Part shown: positions 19,452-30,300 of the stretch, piece after piece
Numbering within the stretch: position 1 is the stretch's first letter
How the letters are laid out: each line of letters starts with the position of its first letter
Source: a virus
Lineage: Duplodnaviria; Caudoviricetes
IMG/VR virus record: IMGVR_UViG_3300028591_000176
Coordinates: 12,970-76,969 of that record
Strand: one strand, 5' to 3'
DNA: 64,000 nucleotides
Position numbers and translations under genes: made by a program
Notes under the pieces: model-generated
Database searches by the model: none
What the model saw: the letters and a program-made list of their open reading frames with translations, nothing else
What the model was told of the DNA's origin: nothing

Positions 19452-20980
19452 TAAGAGAAAAGAGTATAAGCTGGTATATGGAAGACCCGACGCGGTTGAT
19501 GCAAATGAAACCTTTCACGCGCGGCGGTCACATAAACTTACATGGCTACGAAGGGAACGAAATCCTGAATAACAGCACGCTAGCGACTGGCTTTGCCAAT
19601 CTTAGTCTGAATCCCATTTCACAGGACACCTACATCACGGAATACGACCCGTCGCTCCATCACATAATCCTCAACCGCATTATCCCACACATTGAGATTG
19701 TCATTGATGGATGCCCATTGCCGCAAGGTACGATGGAGCTTACACAGACGGCCGCATTTCAGAAGTTGATTCATTCCGCTCATGTTCGCAATCTTGCAGC
19801 AAACAAGCTAGAGTTCAACCTTTGCAGCGATGAGCCTGATGACAACGAAAGGAAGGTCTTTGGCGAAATCAAAAAGGAATGGATGTGGCGCGAATGTGAG
19901 TGGTTTAAGTACAAGGCTATAAGCACATGCAAAAAGCTTGGAAACTGCGCTACGTTATTCAGTTTCGACAAGAGTACCAATAGGTATACTATTGACAACT
20001 TTAGCTACAAGGACGGCTACCAGATAGTTCCAAATTATGATGAATACGGAACTGAAATAGCACGTTCTTTGTGCTATGAGATTGATGGAAAGGTCGTTAT
20101 CGACACTTATGACGCAACCAAGCATTACCGCTGCACACAGACAAGTGAGGGATGGAGCATTCAAGTCGAGAAACATGGCTTTAGCCGTTGCCCGTTGCTT
20201 ACCAATCGCGGTGCTGTAGCATGGGAATATGCAGAGAGCAACATTGAAATGTGGGAGCTTATGGCAAATATTCAGGCCATAGCACTAAAGCGTTTTGGAA
20301 CGTTTGCCCTTGTGTTTACTGGCGAAATGGACACCGACTCCTTTAAGCGCGATTCAAGCACTTTGATTATCAATCTTTCTAGCGACACCACAAACGGCAA
20401 GCAGTCGGCCGAGGTGCTAAAGTTCCCAGAGCCGCAAACAATGGACGGGTACTTAAAGACACTTGAAGAAAAGATTTCCCTTTTTAGTTCAACATCGTTC
20501 ATCACTCCGAAAGACATCACCACATCGAACAGCGGAGGCAATGGCATAGCACTTGCGATGTCAAACGACTATTCTCTTGCCGTCCAATCCTCGCTTTCAT
20601 GGCAACGCTATGTTAATGACATGGTGTACCTGCATCAAGAAGGTCTTGACCTAGAAAATGGCGGACAAAGAAAGTACGCAAAGGTAAGGATAGGTGCTGA
20701 GATTGTTCCTTGGTCACTTGAAACGAACAATACGAAGCTTATAAACTTGATGATGGAAGCTCCGTATCTCTCCACACAGACCGTAGTCGAACGCTGCCCA
20801 GATGCAGCACCTGACGAGGTTGAACGTGTCAAATCGGAACGTGGCGCACTTATTAGCCGCAATGACCAGACGGCACAGCAGGCGGCAGAAAAAGCTAATA
20901 GCATAGGCAATAACCGCAATGACATCATACGTGATAACGAAGAGAAAATTGAGGTAGAAGTGCCTGAAATAAACAACTAG
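19448..20980 (+). CDS. Portal protein (SPP1-like)
   Basis: 510 aa coupled to terL; FSRCPL, SGGNGIAL, LSTQTVVE motifs, acidic tail. Confidence 0.8.
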   Translation: MIREKSISWYMEDPTRLMQMKPFTRGGHINLHGYEGNEILNNSTLATGFANLSLNPISQDTYITEYDPSLHHIILNRIIPHIEIVIDGCPLPQGTMELTQTAAFQKLIHSAHVRNLAANKLEFNLCSDEPDDNERKVFGEIKKEWMWRECEWFKYKAISTCKKLGNCATLFSFDKSTNRYTIDNFSYKDGYQIVPNYDEYGTEIARSLCYEIDGKVVIDTYDATKHYRCTQTSEGWSIQVEKHGFSRCPLLTNRGAVAWEYAESNIEMWELMANIQAIALKRFGTFALVFTGEMDTDSFKRDSSTLIINLSSDTTNGKQSAEVLKFPEPQTMDGYLKTLEEKISLFSSTSFITPKDITTSNSGGNGIALAMSNDYSLAVQSSLSWQRYVNDMVYLHQEGLDLENGGQRKYAKVRIGAEIVPWSLETNNTKLINLMMEAPYLSTQTVVERCPDAAPDEVERVKSERGALISRNDQTAQQAAEKANSIGNNRNDIIRDNEEKIEVEVPEINN

Positions 20981-20984
20981 CGTT

Positions 20985-21368
20985 ATGGGGTGGATGGAAT
21001 TTATATTATCAATATCAACGCTTCTGCTTGGCACGGGATGGTTGTTCACTTATCGCGCCTATCGTAGAAAGGCAAATGGTGAGGCCACACAAGCAGAAGC
21101 GGACGGATGGAAATCACAACAGGAGGTGTATCAAACAACAATAAAAGACCTCAAAGAGTCTTGCGAATACATCCGTAATGACAGGAATCTTCTTAGGGAA
21201 GAGAACACAAAGCTGCGTGCCGAAAATGACATGCTGCGTGCAAAGATTAACAAGTTTGAGGACATAATTGCCGAGCTACGCGAAAAAGTGGCAAGGCAAG
21301 GCCGTCAGCTAGATGCAATTACTGGTAAACGCAAAAAGGAACAAAATGCAGATATTGAAAAAAGGTAG
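20985..21368 (+). CDS. Membrane-anchored coiled-coil lysis-cassette protein (holin-like)
   Basis: N-terminal TM ILSISTLLLGTGWLF plus coiled coil; directly upstream of amidase. Confidence 0.5.
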   Translation: MGWMEFILSISTLLLGTGWLFTYRAYRRKANGEATQAEADGWKSQQEVYQTTIKDLKESCEYIRNDRNLLREENTKLRAENDMLRAKINKFEDIIAELREKVARQGRQLDAITGKRKKEQNADIEKR

Positions 21369-21969
21369 CCGTGGCGAAGACGTAAAGAAGTTGCAGTTTG
21401 CGCTCAATCTTTTTGCCGATGGAATCTTTGGCGAACTCACGGAAGAGGGTGTTCGTACGTTCCAACGTGAGAACGGTCTTAAAGAGGATGGTATCGTGGG
21501 TGAAAAGACTTGGGATAAGATATTCAACAGACCCGCTGGAACATCTTACCCAAAGTCACGTCGTACAATAAAAGAAATTATTGTGCATTGCAGCGCGACA
21601 CCAGAAGGCAAGGACTTTACCGTTTCTGACATTACGAATTGGCACAAGGCGCGTGGTTTCACCACGATAGGCTATCACTACGTAGTGTATCGTGACGGCA
21701 GCGTTCATAAAGGGCGCAATGTAAACATTAGCGGTGCGCACTGCACGGGGCACAATGCACATTCAATTGGCATTTGCTACATAGGTGGGTGTGCCGCTGA
21801 TGGCAAAACCGCAAAAGATACGCGCACAAACGCGCAGAGAGCCGCCCTAGAGATTACTTTACGCAAGCTGCGTACACTTTATCCAACGGCAAAGATTTAT
21901 GGGCACAGGGACTTTGCAAATAAGGAATGCCCTAGCTTTGATGCAACAAAGGAATATCGGTCGATATGA
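21346..21969 (+). CDS. Endolysin: peptidoglycan-binding domain + N-acetylmuramoyl-L-alanine amidase (T7 lysozyme-like)
   Basis: DGIFGELT/DGIVGEKT; IIVHCSAT, IGYHY, GAHCTGHN, SIGICYIGG, HRDFANKECPSF. Confidence 0.92.
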   Translation: MQILKKGSRGEDVKKLQFALNLFADGIFGELTEEGVRTFQRENGLKEDGIVGEKTWDKIFNRPAGTSYPKSRRTIKEIIVHCSATPEGKDFTVSDITNWHKARGFTTIGYHYVVYRDGSVHKGRNVNISGAHCTGHNAHSIGICYIGGCAADGKTAKDTRTNAQRAALEITLRKLRTLYPTAKIYGHRDFANKECPSFDATKEYRSI

Positions 21970-22418
21970 TGGGCGCAGAAGAATACAAGAAGATAAAAGA
22001 CGAAGGCGAGAAATATCGCCTTGGGTGTGGCACTATGATGTTCATCATCATTGCCATGTGCTTTTTGCTTTCTTCTTGCGCCACAAAATCAAAGATAGAA
22101 TATGTTGACAGGGAAGTTGTAAAGTACGTACACTCCGTGCAACACGACACATTAATAAATAATGTCCATGACAGCATCTATCATACAATATTCCAAAAAG
22201 GCGATACTGTCTATGATACCAAGTATGTGGAGAAGACGGTATATAAGGACAGGATTGTTCACCATACCGACACGGTGTTGCGCGACTCGATACACAAAGA
22301 GATAAAAGAAGTGACCGTAGTAAAGAAAGAGACACCCAAATGGTGTTATCTATCGCTGCTATGCGCTCCTTTCTTGATTTTTATATATAAAATTAAAAAT
22401 AAGATATGGAAAAAATAA
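21966..22418 (+). CDS. Lipoprotein, spanin-like
   Basis: Lipobox FLLSSC, DT/DS repeats, C-terminal hydrophobic segment; after endolysin. Confidence 0.55.
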   Translation: MMGAEEYKKIKDEGEKYRLGCGTMMFIIIAMCFLLSSCATKSKIEYVDREVVKYVHSVQHDTLINNVHDSIYHTIFQKGDTVYDTKYVEKTVYKDRIVHHTDTVLRDSIHKEIKEVTVVKKETPKWCYLSLLCAPFLIFIYKIKNKIWKK

Positions 22419-23014
22419 GACATGTGTATGGCAACGTAATGAAGCTTGCAATACCTCTGACGATAAGAATAAGAACAATTTCCGACGGAAGAGAAACGGA
22501 AACAGAAAGCGACTTTTACCCGAATATGAATTATCCGACAAAAGTTATTCTTGTCGGAGTTGGATTTATAAGATACGAATATGACGCGCTGATTGAAGAC
22601 AATGTTGCTCTAATAAAAACAGGGACGGATGTTAGGGTGGGTACGTACCATATAGAAGTTCTTGCACATGACGAAAATTTAGAGCCAGTTAGGTTTAAAG
22701 AGCGGAATGTTATAGAAATTGTAGATGCAACCGCAGATGCTGACATTGAAGCAGGCGTTGAGTTTAATGCAGAAACATATACGCTCGATGCGGCTGTTTT
22801 TTTCTACGCAAAAGGAGATAAGGGAGACAAAGGAGACAAGGGGGATGATGGGGTAGGAATCACGTCAGTCGAACAAGTACAGACATCTGGCATAAGCGGA
22901 GGCGTGAATGTAGTACGCATTACTCTCTCTAACGGTGATGCAAGCGAATTTGAAATAAGAAACGGAAACAACCCAGCGATTTCCGTCGAAAACGAAACAT
23001 TAATTTTTAAATAA
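22406..23014 (+). CDS. Baseplate/fiber-associated protein with short collagen-like repeat
   Basis: KGDKGDKGDKGDDG, GITSVEQVQTS motifs typical of fiber proximal parts. Confidence 0.5.
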   Translation: MEKIRHVYGNVMKLAIPLTIRIRTISDGRETETESDFYPNMNYPTKVILVGVGFIRYEYDALIEDNVALIKTGTDVRVGTYHIEVLAHDENLEPVRFKERNVIEIVDATADADIEAGVEFNAETYTLDAAVFFYAKGDKGDKGDKGDDGVGITSVEQVQTSGISGGVNVVRITLSNGDASEFEIRNGNNPAISVENETLIFK

Positions 23015-23019
23015 AAACT

Positions 23020-26000
23020 ATGGATATAAGTAAGATACAAATCAACAACGTAAACTACAATCTAAAAGACGCAAGTGCAATAGCAAGCGGCATTTACGAC
23101 TCTTCTAGCCAAAAGATTGTGTTTAAGAACAAAGACAACGTGGTCGTTTGTCAGATTGATGCTACACCGTTTATTGTGGATGGCATGGTTAGCAATGTAG
23201 CAGTATCCAATGGAAACCTTGTTATCACGTTTAATACAGACGCAGGGAAGTCGCCGATTAGCATTCCGCTGACTGATATATTTAATCCAGCTGAATACTA
23301 CACGAAGATAGGCTATTTTGTATGCGACACAGCCGCAAATACAGCAGCAAAGACGATAAATGCGGCAGGTTTTGTGCTTTCGACTGGGGGTAGTATTAAG
23401 ATAAAAATGACAAATGACAATACTGCTAATAATGCCACTCTGAACATTAATAGCACTGGTGCAAAACCGCTTTACTACGCTGGATTGAGAGCTTCTTCCG
23501 ATAACACTTGGGAATCAGGAGAGACCATCGAAGTTTACTATGACGGAACTAATTACATGGCCAATAATGTAGCAGGCGGAGGTGGCGATGGCGTTTTTGA
23601 TGTTAGCGCTAAAACTGGCGATACCTATGAAAGTCTTAGCGCAGCACTGACTGCAATGGATGCTCTTCCTTCTGCTTATAAGAAAGGCGGAATGAGCATT
23701 AAATACATACAGAGTTCTGACAATAACTCTGTATATGTGCAGTATAGATTAATGACTCAGAACTTTACTACTGATACTTCCAAGTGGCAGGGCGTGGATG
23801 ATAAGCCTACTAATGGGAGTGTGAATCTTGTGCAGAGTGGTGGTGTGGCTGAATCTACAGGAAGACTTGTCAGGCATTATACAATAAATAGTGGCAGCAC
23901 TCATTCATCGCAAGCTGATAAGATTGACGTAGACATCAAGACTGGGGAATTGTTCTTTGTCATGGTTAGTGTATCTGGTACTGTGTATGCAAATCCAGGT
24001 ACTTCAGATGTTAATCTAGGCAATGTAAGTGCTAACAGATATTACAGGTTTACTGCTGCGCAGGACATAACAAGTATAGGTGTTTACAACCCTCAGCAGT
24101 CAAGTACTGTGACGGTTACTTTTGAGGTGCTTGTTGGTCTTGCTGCTATTGCCTATAACACTACTATCAAGGACACTGAGCCTATTGTCGGCAGCAATAA
24201 CTTTATTACTAGCGGCGGTGTTGCTAAAATGAAGATGCACATGCCTTATATTTCCTTTGTCGGGATAGGAGATACTTTTAAACCTGGAGATGTGTTTAGT
24301 GACCTGCTACCTGGACATAAAGTCAGGATTTACATGGGTAGTACATCATGGAACTATGGTACTACTAACACAGTTGCGTTTGTATTTAGAATAATACTTA
24401 CGATTAATGGTGCTGAACAATATCCTCTTGGTAATAATTACTATTATAGGTCAGGGTTGGTACTTCCTGAGTATTTTGATGTTGACATACCCTCGACATT
24501 TGTTAATGGCAGGGATAGCCTGCATATTGGTGGCAGGGCTGCACAGGGTGTTGAAGTAGGAGCTATTATAGAGGACACGACATACTATAATACTTCTATC
24601 GTGCCTGTACAAAACAATATATCTGCACTGCAGGGTAAAACTACCAATTGCATTAATGACGCTGTGCATACTATACCAAGCTGGGCTTCTAACAAGTCTT
24701 ATGCTCTTGGTGACTTCGTGGTATATGACAATAATTTCTACTCTTGTCATGTTGCTCATACGAGTGGAAGTACATTTGAGTCGGCAAATTTCTTCAAGTG
24801 GAACCTGCGGGATATTATAGAGAAGGATGCCCCTATGGCTCAGATATGTAAGAAGACATCATCATCAAACTATTATCTGCATAGGATTGGCAGCTATGCT
24901 ATTCCCTTTAATTTCCACAAGAACCATACTTACAGGTTTATTATAGAGGGTCTAAATGGTGAAAGGCAGGTGGCTCAGATTCAGGCCAGGACAAAGTATG
25001 ACCAGAGTAGCGATGGAGGTATTGTCACCTTGCTTAGCAACAAGGGAGACGGCACTTATGATGTCAAGTATACGAATGATGTAGAGGGAATATTTATCAA
25101 TGTTGTTCTGTCTGCCCAGTCTAATACTGAAATCCCCGCTGTCTGTCCTACTATTTTCATGTATGACATAACTGCTGTTGCTGATGTCGTAAGCAGTGTC
25201 CAATCCATTGAAGCAGACATGCCTGATGTCATGGAGCAGGTAGACAAGACTATTGATGTATATACTTTTATTGGTAATATACCGACACAAGGTGGTACTG
25301 CCACTGTGAATCGTGATATTACAGTAGAACAGGGTAAGCGATATGCTGTCAAGCTGACTGATGTTGTGTGGACTGCAGATAATTTGTCTACTGCATACAA
25401 TGTGTTCTACATTGTGGACATGAATGGTACTACACCAGCAAGTTCGGCTATACCTGGCACTACCTTTAACAGACCTTCTGATGTTCCATCTGACGGTATA
25501 ATCAGGTTTGTCCCAGGTACAAATAAGGTAAGGATATGTTATAGGGGAGATGTTGGTTCCTCTATGGTCGCTGCTACTGTCAAACGTGGAAGCCTGACAA
25601 ATACTGTTGACGATATAGATGATGCTGTAGATGATATTGAAAAGGATATGCAGTATGTTTCAAATCAAGTAGGCGGCTCTATTGATGTATATGATTTCAA
25701 AGGTAACATAGTACAAAGTAGCTATGAACCAACTGTAGACCATGATATTACAGTAGAACAAGGTAAGGAGTATGTGGTTATGCTTGCTATCAATACATGG
25801 ACAACGGATAACATGAAGTCAAGTACAAATGTGTTCTATATCCGAAACATGAATGGCACAACTCAAGGCTCTGCTATTGCAGGTACTACTTTCAACAGAC
25901 CTTCAAACATTCCTTCTGATGGCATCAGGTTTGTTCCTGGTACTAACAAAATAAGGATGTGTTTCAGGGGTGACGTCGGTTCTTTGGTGACTGCCAATAC

Positions 26001-27063
26001 TATTAAATGTGGCCCTATTGCAAGTTTTGTGAATGCTGCCAGTAATCAGGATGTGGTTTCTCTTAATGGCGGTTTGCAGGTGCTGACTAATAAGTTCAAG
26101 AATCTGTCGAAGAGAAGGGGTTCTAATGGTGATTCCAATGCTGGCAATAAGATTCTGAACTTGCTTTATTTCTCAGACTTGCATAATGGTCAGTCTAGCT
26201 TGCAGCGTCTGCTTGGCTTTGCAGATACTTTTGACACTTATATTGATGATGTGGTACATGGCGGTGATATGGTGAGTAACCTCTTTAGTGATACTAACCC
26301 ATTCGCTGTCCTTGGAGGCAGTAAAGTGCTTACTGTCATAGGCAATCATGACAACTGGCTTGGCAGTAGCAGCATGGCTCCTCAGCTGGATGTGTTCAAC
26401 AAGTTTATAAAGCCTTACTATCAGGCATGGGGTGTTACTGTTCCAAGTGATGCTGAGACTGAGGGTTACTGCTATTGGTATAAGGACTATGACGAAAGCA
26501 AGCTGAGACTTATTGGTCTTGACTGCATGAATTGGGACAGCACTCAGGCTGCATGGCTTAGTGATGTACTTGATGATGCTTATGCTGACGGCTATTCTGT
26601 GATTATTCTAAATCACTACTGTCCTCACACTTCCTTCAAGTCTGACAGGCAGTGTACTTTCTCTACTGTCTATGTAAATGGCTGCAGTAATTTCCTTAAC
26701 TCTGAGGCAGCAGGTATTGTGCACTCCAAGATTGAGGGAGGATTGAAGTTTGTGGTATGGCTCTTTGGCCATGAACACAAGGACTTCTTTGGTAATATTG
26801 AGACTTATCCTGAGCAGTATGCTCTTGCCATTGATAAGACCTCGCCTACTTCTGACTGGACATCTGCTAATCCTGACTGGGAAAGAGACTCTATAAGAGT
26901 GTCTACGGGCAGGTCTCAGGATGCCTTTGATGTTATCTCTGTTGACACTACTGCAGGTATTCTTACTGTTATGAGGATTGGCAATAATACAGATAAGTTT
27001 ATGCGCCAGAAGAACTATCTGACATTTGACTATGTAAATCATAAGATTGTTGGAAACTCTTAG
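23020..27063 (+). CDS. Tail fiber/spike with CBM-like module, duplicated beta domain and C-terminal calcineurin-like metallophosphoesterase
   Basis: WASNKSYALGDFVVYDNNFYSCHVAHTS; two ~115-aa repeats; FSDLH, HGGDMV, IGNHDN, LNHY, FGHEH. Confidence 0.75.
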   Translation: MDISKIQINNVNYNLKDASAIASGIYDSSSQKIVFKNKDNVVVCQIDATPFIVDGMVSNVAVSNGNLVITFNTDAGKSPISIPLTDIFNPAEYYTKIGYFVCDTAANTAAKTINAAGFVLSTGGSIKIKMTNDNTANNATLNINSTGAKPLYYAGLRASSDNTWESGETIEVYYDGTNYMANNVAGGGGDGVFDVSAKTGDTYESLSAALTAMDALPSAYKKGGMSIKYIQSSDNNSVYVQYRLMTQNFTTDTSKWQGVDDKPTNGSVNLVQSGGVAESTGRLVRHYTINSGSTHSSQADKIDVDIKTGELFFVMVSVSGTVYANPGTSDVNLGNVSANRYYRFTAAQDITSIGVYNPQQSSTVTVTFEVLVGLAAIAYNTTIKDTEPIVGSNNFITSGGVAKMKMHMPYISFVGIGDTFKPGDVFSDLLPGHKVRIYMGSTSWNYGTTNTVAFVFRIILTINGAEQYPLGNNYYYRSGLVLPEYFDVDIPSTFVNGRDSLHIGGRAAQGVEVGAIIEDTTYYNTSIVPVQNNISALQGKTTNCINDAVHTIPSWASNKSYALGDFVVYDNNFYSCHVAHTSGSTFESANFFKWNLRDIIEKDAPMAQICKKTSSSNYYLHRIGSYAIPFNFHKNHTYRFIIEGLNGERQVAQIQARTKYDQSSDGGIVTLLSNKGDGTYDVKYTNDVEGIFINVVLSAQSNTEIPAVCPTIFMYDITAVADVVSSVQSIEADMPDVMEQVDKTIDVYTFIGNIPTQGGTATVNRDITVEQGKRYAVKLTDVVWTADNLSTAYNVFYIVDMNGTTPASSAIPGTTFNRPSDVPSDGIIRFVPGTNKVRICYRGDVGSSMVAATVKRGSLTNTVDDIDDAVDDIEKDMQYVSNQVGGSIDVYDFKGNIVQSSYEPTVDHDITVEQGKEYVVMLAINTWTTDNMKSSTNVFYIRNMNGTTQGSAIAGTTFNRPSNIPSDGIRFVPGTNKIRMCFRGDVGSLVTANTIKCGPIASFVNAASNQDVVSLNGGLQVLTNKFKNLSKRRGSNGDSNAGNKILNLLYFSDLHNGQSSLQRLLGFADTFDTYIDDVVHGGDMVSNLFSDTNPFAVLGGSKVLTVIGNHDNWLGSSSMAPQLDVFNKFIKPYYQAWGVTVPSDAETEGYCYWYKDYDESKLRLIGLDCMNWDSTQAAWLSDVLDDAYADGYSVIILNHYCPHTSFKSDRQCTFSTVYVNGCSNFLNSEAAGIVHSKIEGGLKFVVWLFGHEHKDFFGNIETYPEQYALAIDKTSPTSDWTSANPDWERDSIRVSTGRSQDAFDVISVDTTAGILTVMRIGNNTDKFMRQKNYLTFDYVNHKIVGNS

Positions 27064-27066
27064 GTT

Positions 27067-27150
27067 ATGAGCAGCTGGTTTATAAGACGTGCTAATGTGG
27101 TTAACTCGGCGGGAGGGAGGCTTCCTGCTGAGTTTACTGAGTTATTGTAA
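27067..27150 (+). pseudogene. 27-codon 5' fragment of a lectin-like LPxx(Y/F)xxLEY domain gene
   Basis: MSSWFIRRANVVNSAGGRLPAEFTELL*, resembling LPMGFVELEY / FPQGYTQLAY in 34303-35595. Confidence 0.45.
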
Positions 27151-27271
27151 TAAGTAGGTACGTAATGGTAGGCCGTTTGGTTAGTCTCTATAGATATGGA
27201 ATATGTTGTAGTAATAATGATTGGTAATGAACATCTGTTCTACGATGATGCTACGAGCTAACAGATAGATA

Positions 27272-27299
27272 AAAGAGGAGCACCAGAAAGCTCCTCTTT
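27272..27299 (+). terminator. Intrinsic terminator-like hairpin
   Basis: AAAGAGGAGC-ACCAGAAA-GCTCCTCTTT. Confidence 0.7.
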
Positions 27300-27335
27300 A
27301 TAAAAAACATATTAGTAAATTTAAACAAAAAAACA

Positions 27336-30300
27336 ATGGCGGTAAAAAAAACTGGGCTAAATATAGCATTTCCAATATACAATGCAGATGGCACTTCTTT
27401 TCATAACCTTGTAATACGCAAGGCATCTTATGAAAGTGTTGTCATGTCGCTCGGAGACAAGATAACTGGTGATGTTTATTACAAGGACAACACTCTTGTT
27501 GTGACGATGCAAGAGTATATTGTTTACGAAGGCGTACACTACCAACTTGTAAGCCCGCCGACAATAGTACGCGAAGGCATGGTCTCCGACAACGGAGACC
27601 TCAAAGGAATGACCAAATATTCCTTTGTGTTCCATCATCCGATGTACATCCTTTCAAACCTCCCTTTTTCTGACATAGCTGTTAATAATAGCGAAGAAAA
27701 ATACCTTTCGCAGAGCAAGACTTTTAGTTGGATAGGCAGACTACAAGACTTTATCGCAAAGATAAATGCAAACCTTGAAGGTACACAGTGGCATGCCATG
27801 TATAAGCCTAGTTCGGCAACATCTAAGGCAAGCGAGTTAAGCGAGGTGCTTTCTTTTGATAAAAACACTATTGCAGATGCTTTGAAAAATGCGTATGACA
27901 CTTGGGAAGTTCCATTCATAATAATAAACTACGATGGCATGCTTCCAATGGCATACAAAAGGCTTGAATATGTCAAGATAGAGGAAATAAGACAACTTGT
28001 GTCTGGTGAAGAATCCCCGTTGTTTTTGTTTTTGAACAACTTGCCGTCAGTCATTGCAGATGACAATAGGATATATTATAGCAAGATATACAACGGAGAC
28101 GAACTTGTTCTTCATCTTATTCCTTGCATGAATAGTACTAATGATGTTGGTCTTTACGATGCTGTGTCTGGCAACGCTTTTTGGAGCAACACAGACGTTA
28201 CATTTTCTGCTGGAAACGTAATTGGTTACGGGAAAAACTATGAAATAATCTTTGGTTTACCGTCTAATGAAATTTATGGCGAAAACGGAGAAGTGTTTGT
28301 TTTTAAGTTCGGAAAGGGAGTCGGTTTAAAAAATAATTCGCGCACACCGAGAAACAACAAGATAGTAACGCGCATTGTCGGTGCTGGTGCTGAAAGAAAT
28401 GTGCCTTATGGCTATCCTCAAATTTTGTGGACTGGCAACCAAGCATGGAACTACACCATTGATAACGATTCTACAAATCCCAATTCATACCCTATCTACA
28501 ATGGTATTGTCGGCGGTGTAAAAGTGCGGCTTATCAAGCATCCTTTCACACGCTCTAGGCTTATGCCGTCTGTGTATGTAGATACTGTAAACAAAAAGGT
28601 AAACCCACGGGCAACAGGCTACAATCCACAAATAGAGATTATAGACTACTATGATGCGCCGCAGTCATATCCCAATCCGTTCAATGCTCTTACGCCTAGT
28701 GTAGAGATTCATGAGTTTGATGACATATATCCAGAGCTTGGTGAAGCAATGATTGTAGATGCCGTTCCTTGGGATGAGCCAAAGAATGCTAGCGGGGAGT
28801 CTTATGGTCAGTATATATCATGGAACGACTTTGTTAACGTGATGCTCGGGTATATGGATAACAACCGCACACAGCGTGAATATGATGCACTGAACAACAT
28901 GTTAGCCAATATGACACTTGGTGATGCAAGCGGGCAAGATGCATTCAATGGCGGTTCTTACACCTACCAATGGTACTTTAGCAGCGATGCTGATTTCTTC
29001 TATGCAAAGTACATATCGGATAATGTCAACTTTGAATATGCCATCCTGAAAGATGAGCATGTGATGCCGACTCCGACATGGAATGATGACATGGACGAGA
29101 ATGGCAATTATATTCAAAATTACTTTAAGATGACATTGCCCGTGTTGTCGTTTGACTTGTATGCAAGCGCATCGATAACAGAGAAGATGGATATCTATAT
29201 GCGTGGTGGCGCATGCATGGGGTGTACATTCCCGATAGAAGTGGATTGGGAAGATTATAAGGCAAATTTCTACGATAGCGATGGAAACTTTGACCCAGTT
29301 ATAGGACAAGGCCATCCGCGTGACGAAGAAAAGTATCCTGACACATCACAACAGAGTGTTACGTTTATCGTCAAGAAAGAGATAGACACCTTTGGTACGC
29401 TCATGCCTAATATCTATCAACAACCGCATGCTGGCGATGAGTTTGTTATCCTTGGCATATCCTTGCCGACGACATACATCAGTGACGCAGAGTCGCGGCT
29501 GGATGATGCCATGATGGAGTATATGCTTGAAAACAACGTTCATTACTATGACTACCCGTTAAAGTTTGACGAGCATTTCCTTGCCACGCACACGGATATA
29601 CTAGAACAGATACACAACAATACCATTGTTCGTTTTAAGTACGCAAACACAAACATGACATTGTATGTAAAGCAGATTTCCATTAAGTATGGTGAACAAC
29701 CTCTGCCTAAGTACGACATAACACTTACGGACGATGTTGAGATTGTTCTTAATCAAATAGGGCAGGTTACTGATGATGTTAGCCGTATTCGCGTCCAGAT
29801 GTCTGAGTTGCAAAAGTACTATGGAGAGAATGTTGTTGAAGAGATAAATTCCAAACTCAGCCGCATCAGTGATGATGTTGCGCAAGGCAGGATAACATTC
29901 CAGCAGGGGCTAAACGCCATCGGCAATGTTATCTTGAACGATGAGATAAAAAGTGATGTCTATGATACAGGCTTGTACACGGGGCGCGGCTGGAGAATAG
30001 ACCATTTGGGTAATGCCGAAATGGAATCATTAAAAGTACGTTCTTACCTTGAAGTGGTCGAGCTGCTTGTCAATAGGATGCGGGCACAAGAAGGCGATAC
30101 GATGTTTACTGATAACGACCAGATAGACAAGGTTGAGCCGTTTTACGAACATGTGTTAATGCATCAGGGGGATAACCCAAAATTGAATAATTGGTATGAA
30201 CGCAGCTTGGTTGACGGAGATTACGTTTATACACTAACAGATGACACCACCATAGAGGTCGGCAAAGAATATTTTTATATTTCATCATACATACTATCTC

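Noticed and set aside
22809-22848. GGAGA(T/C)AAG tandem repeat
   Set aside because: Encodes an ordinary short collagen-like KGD repeat
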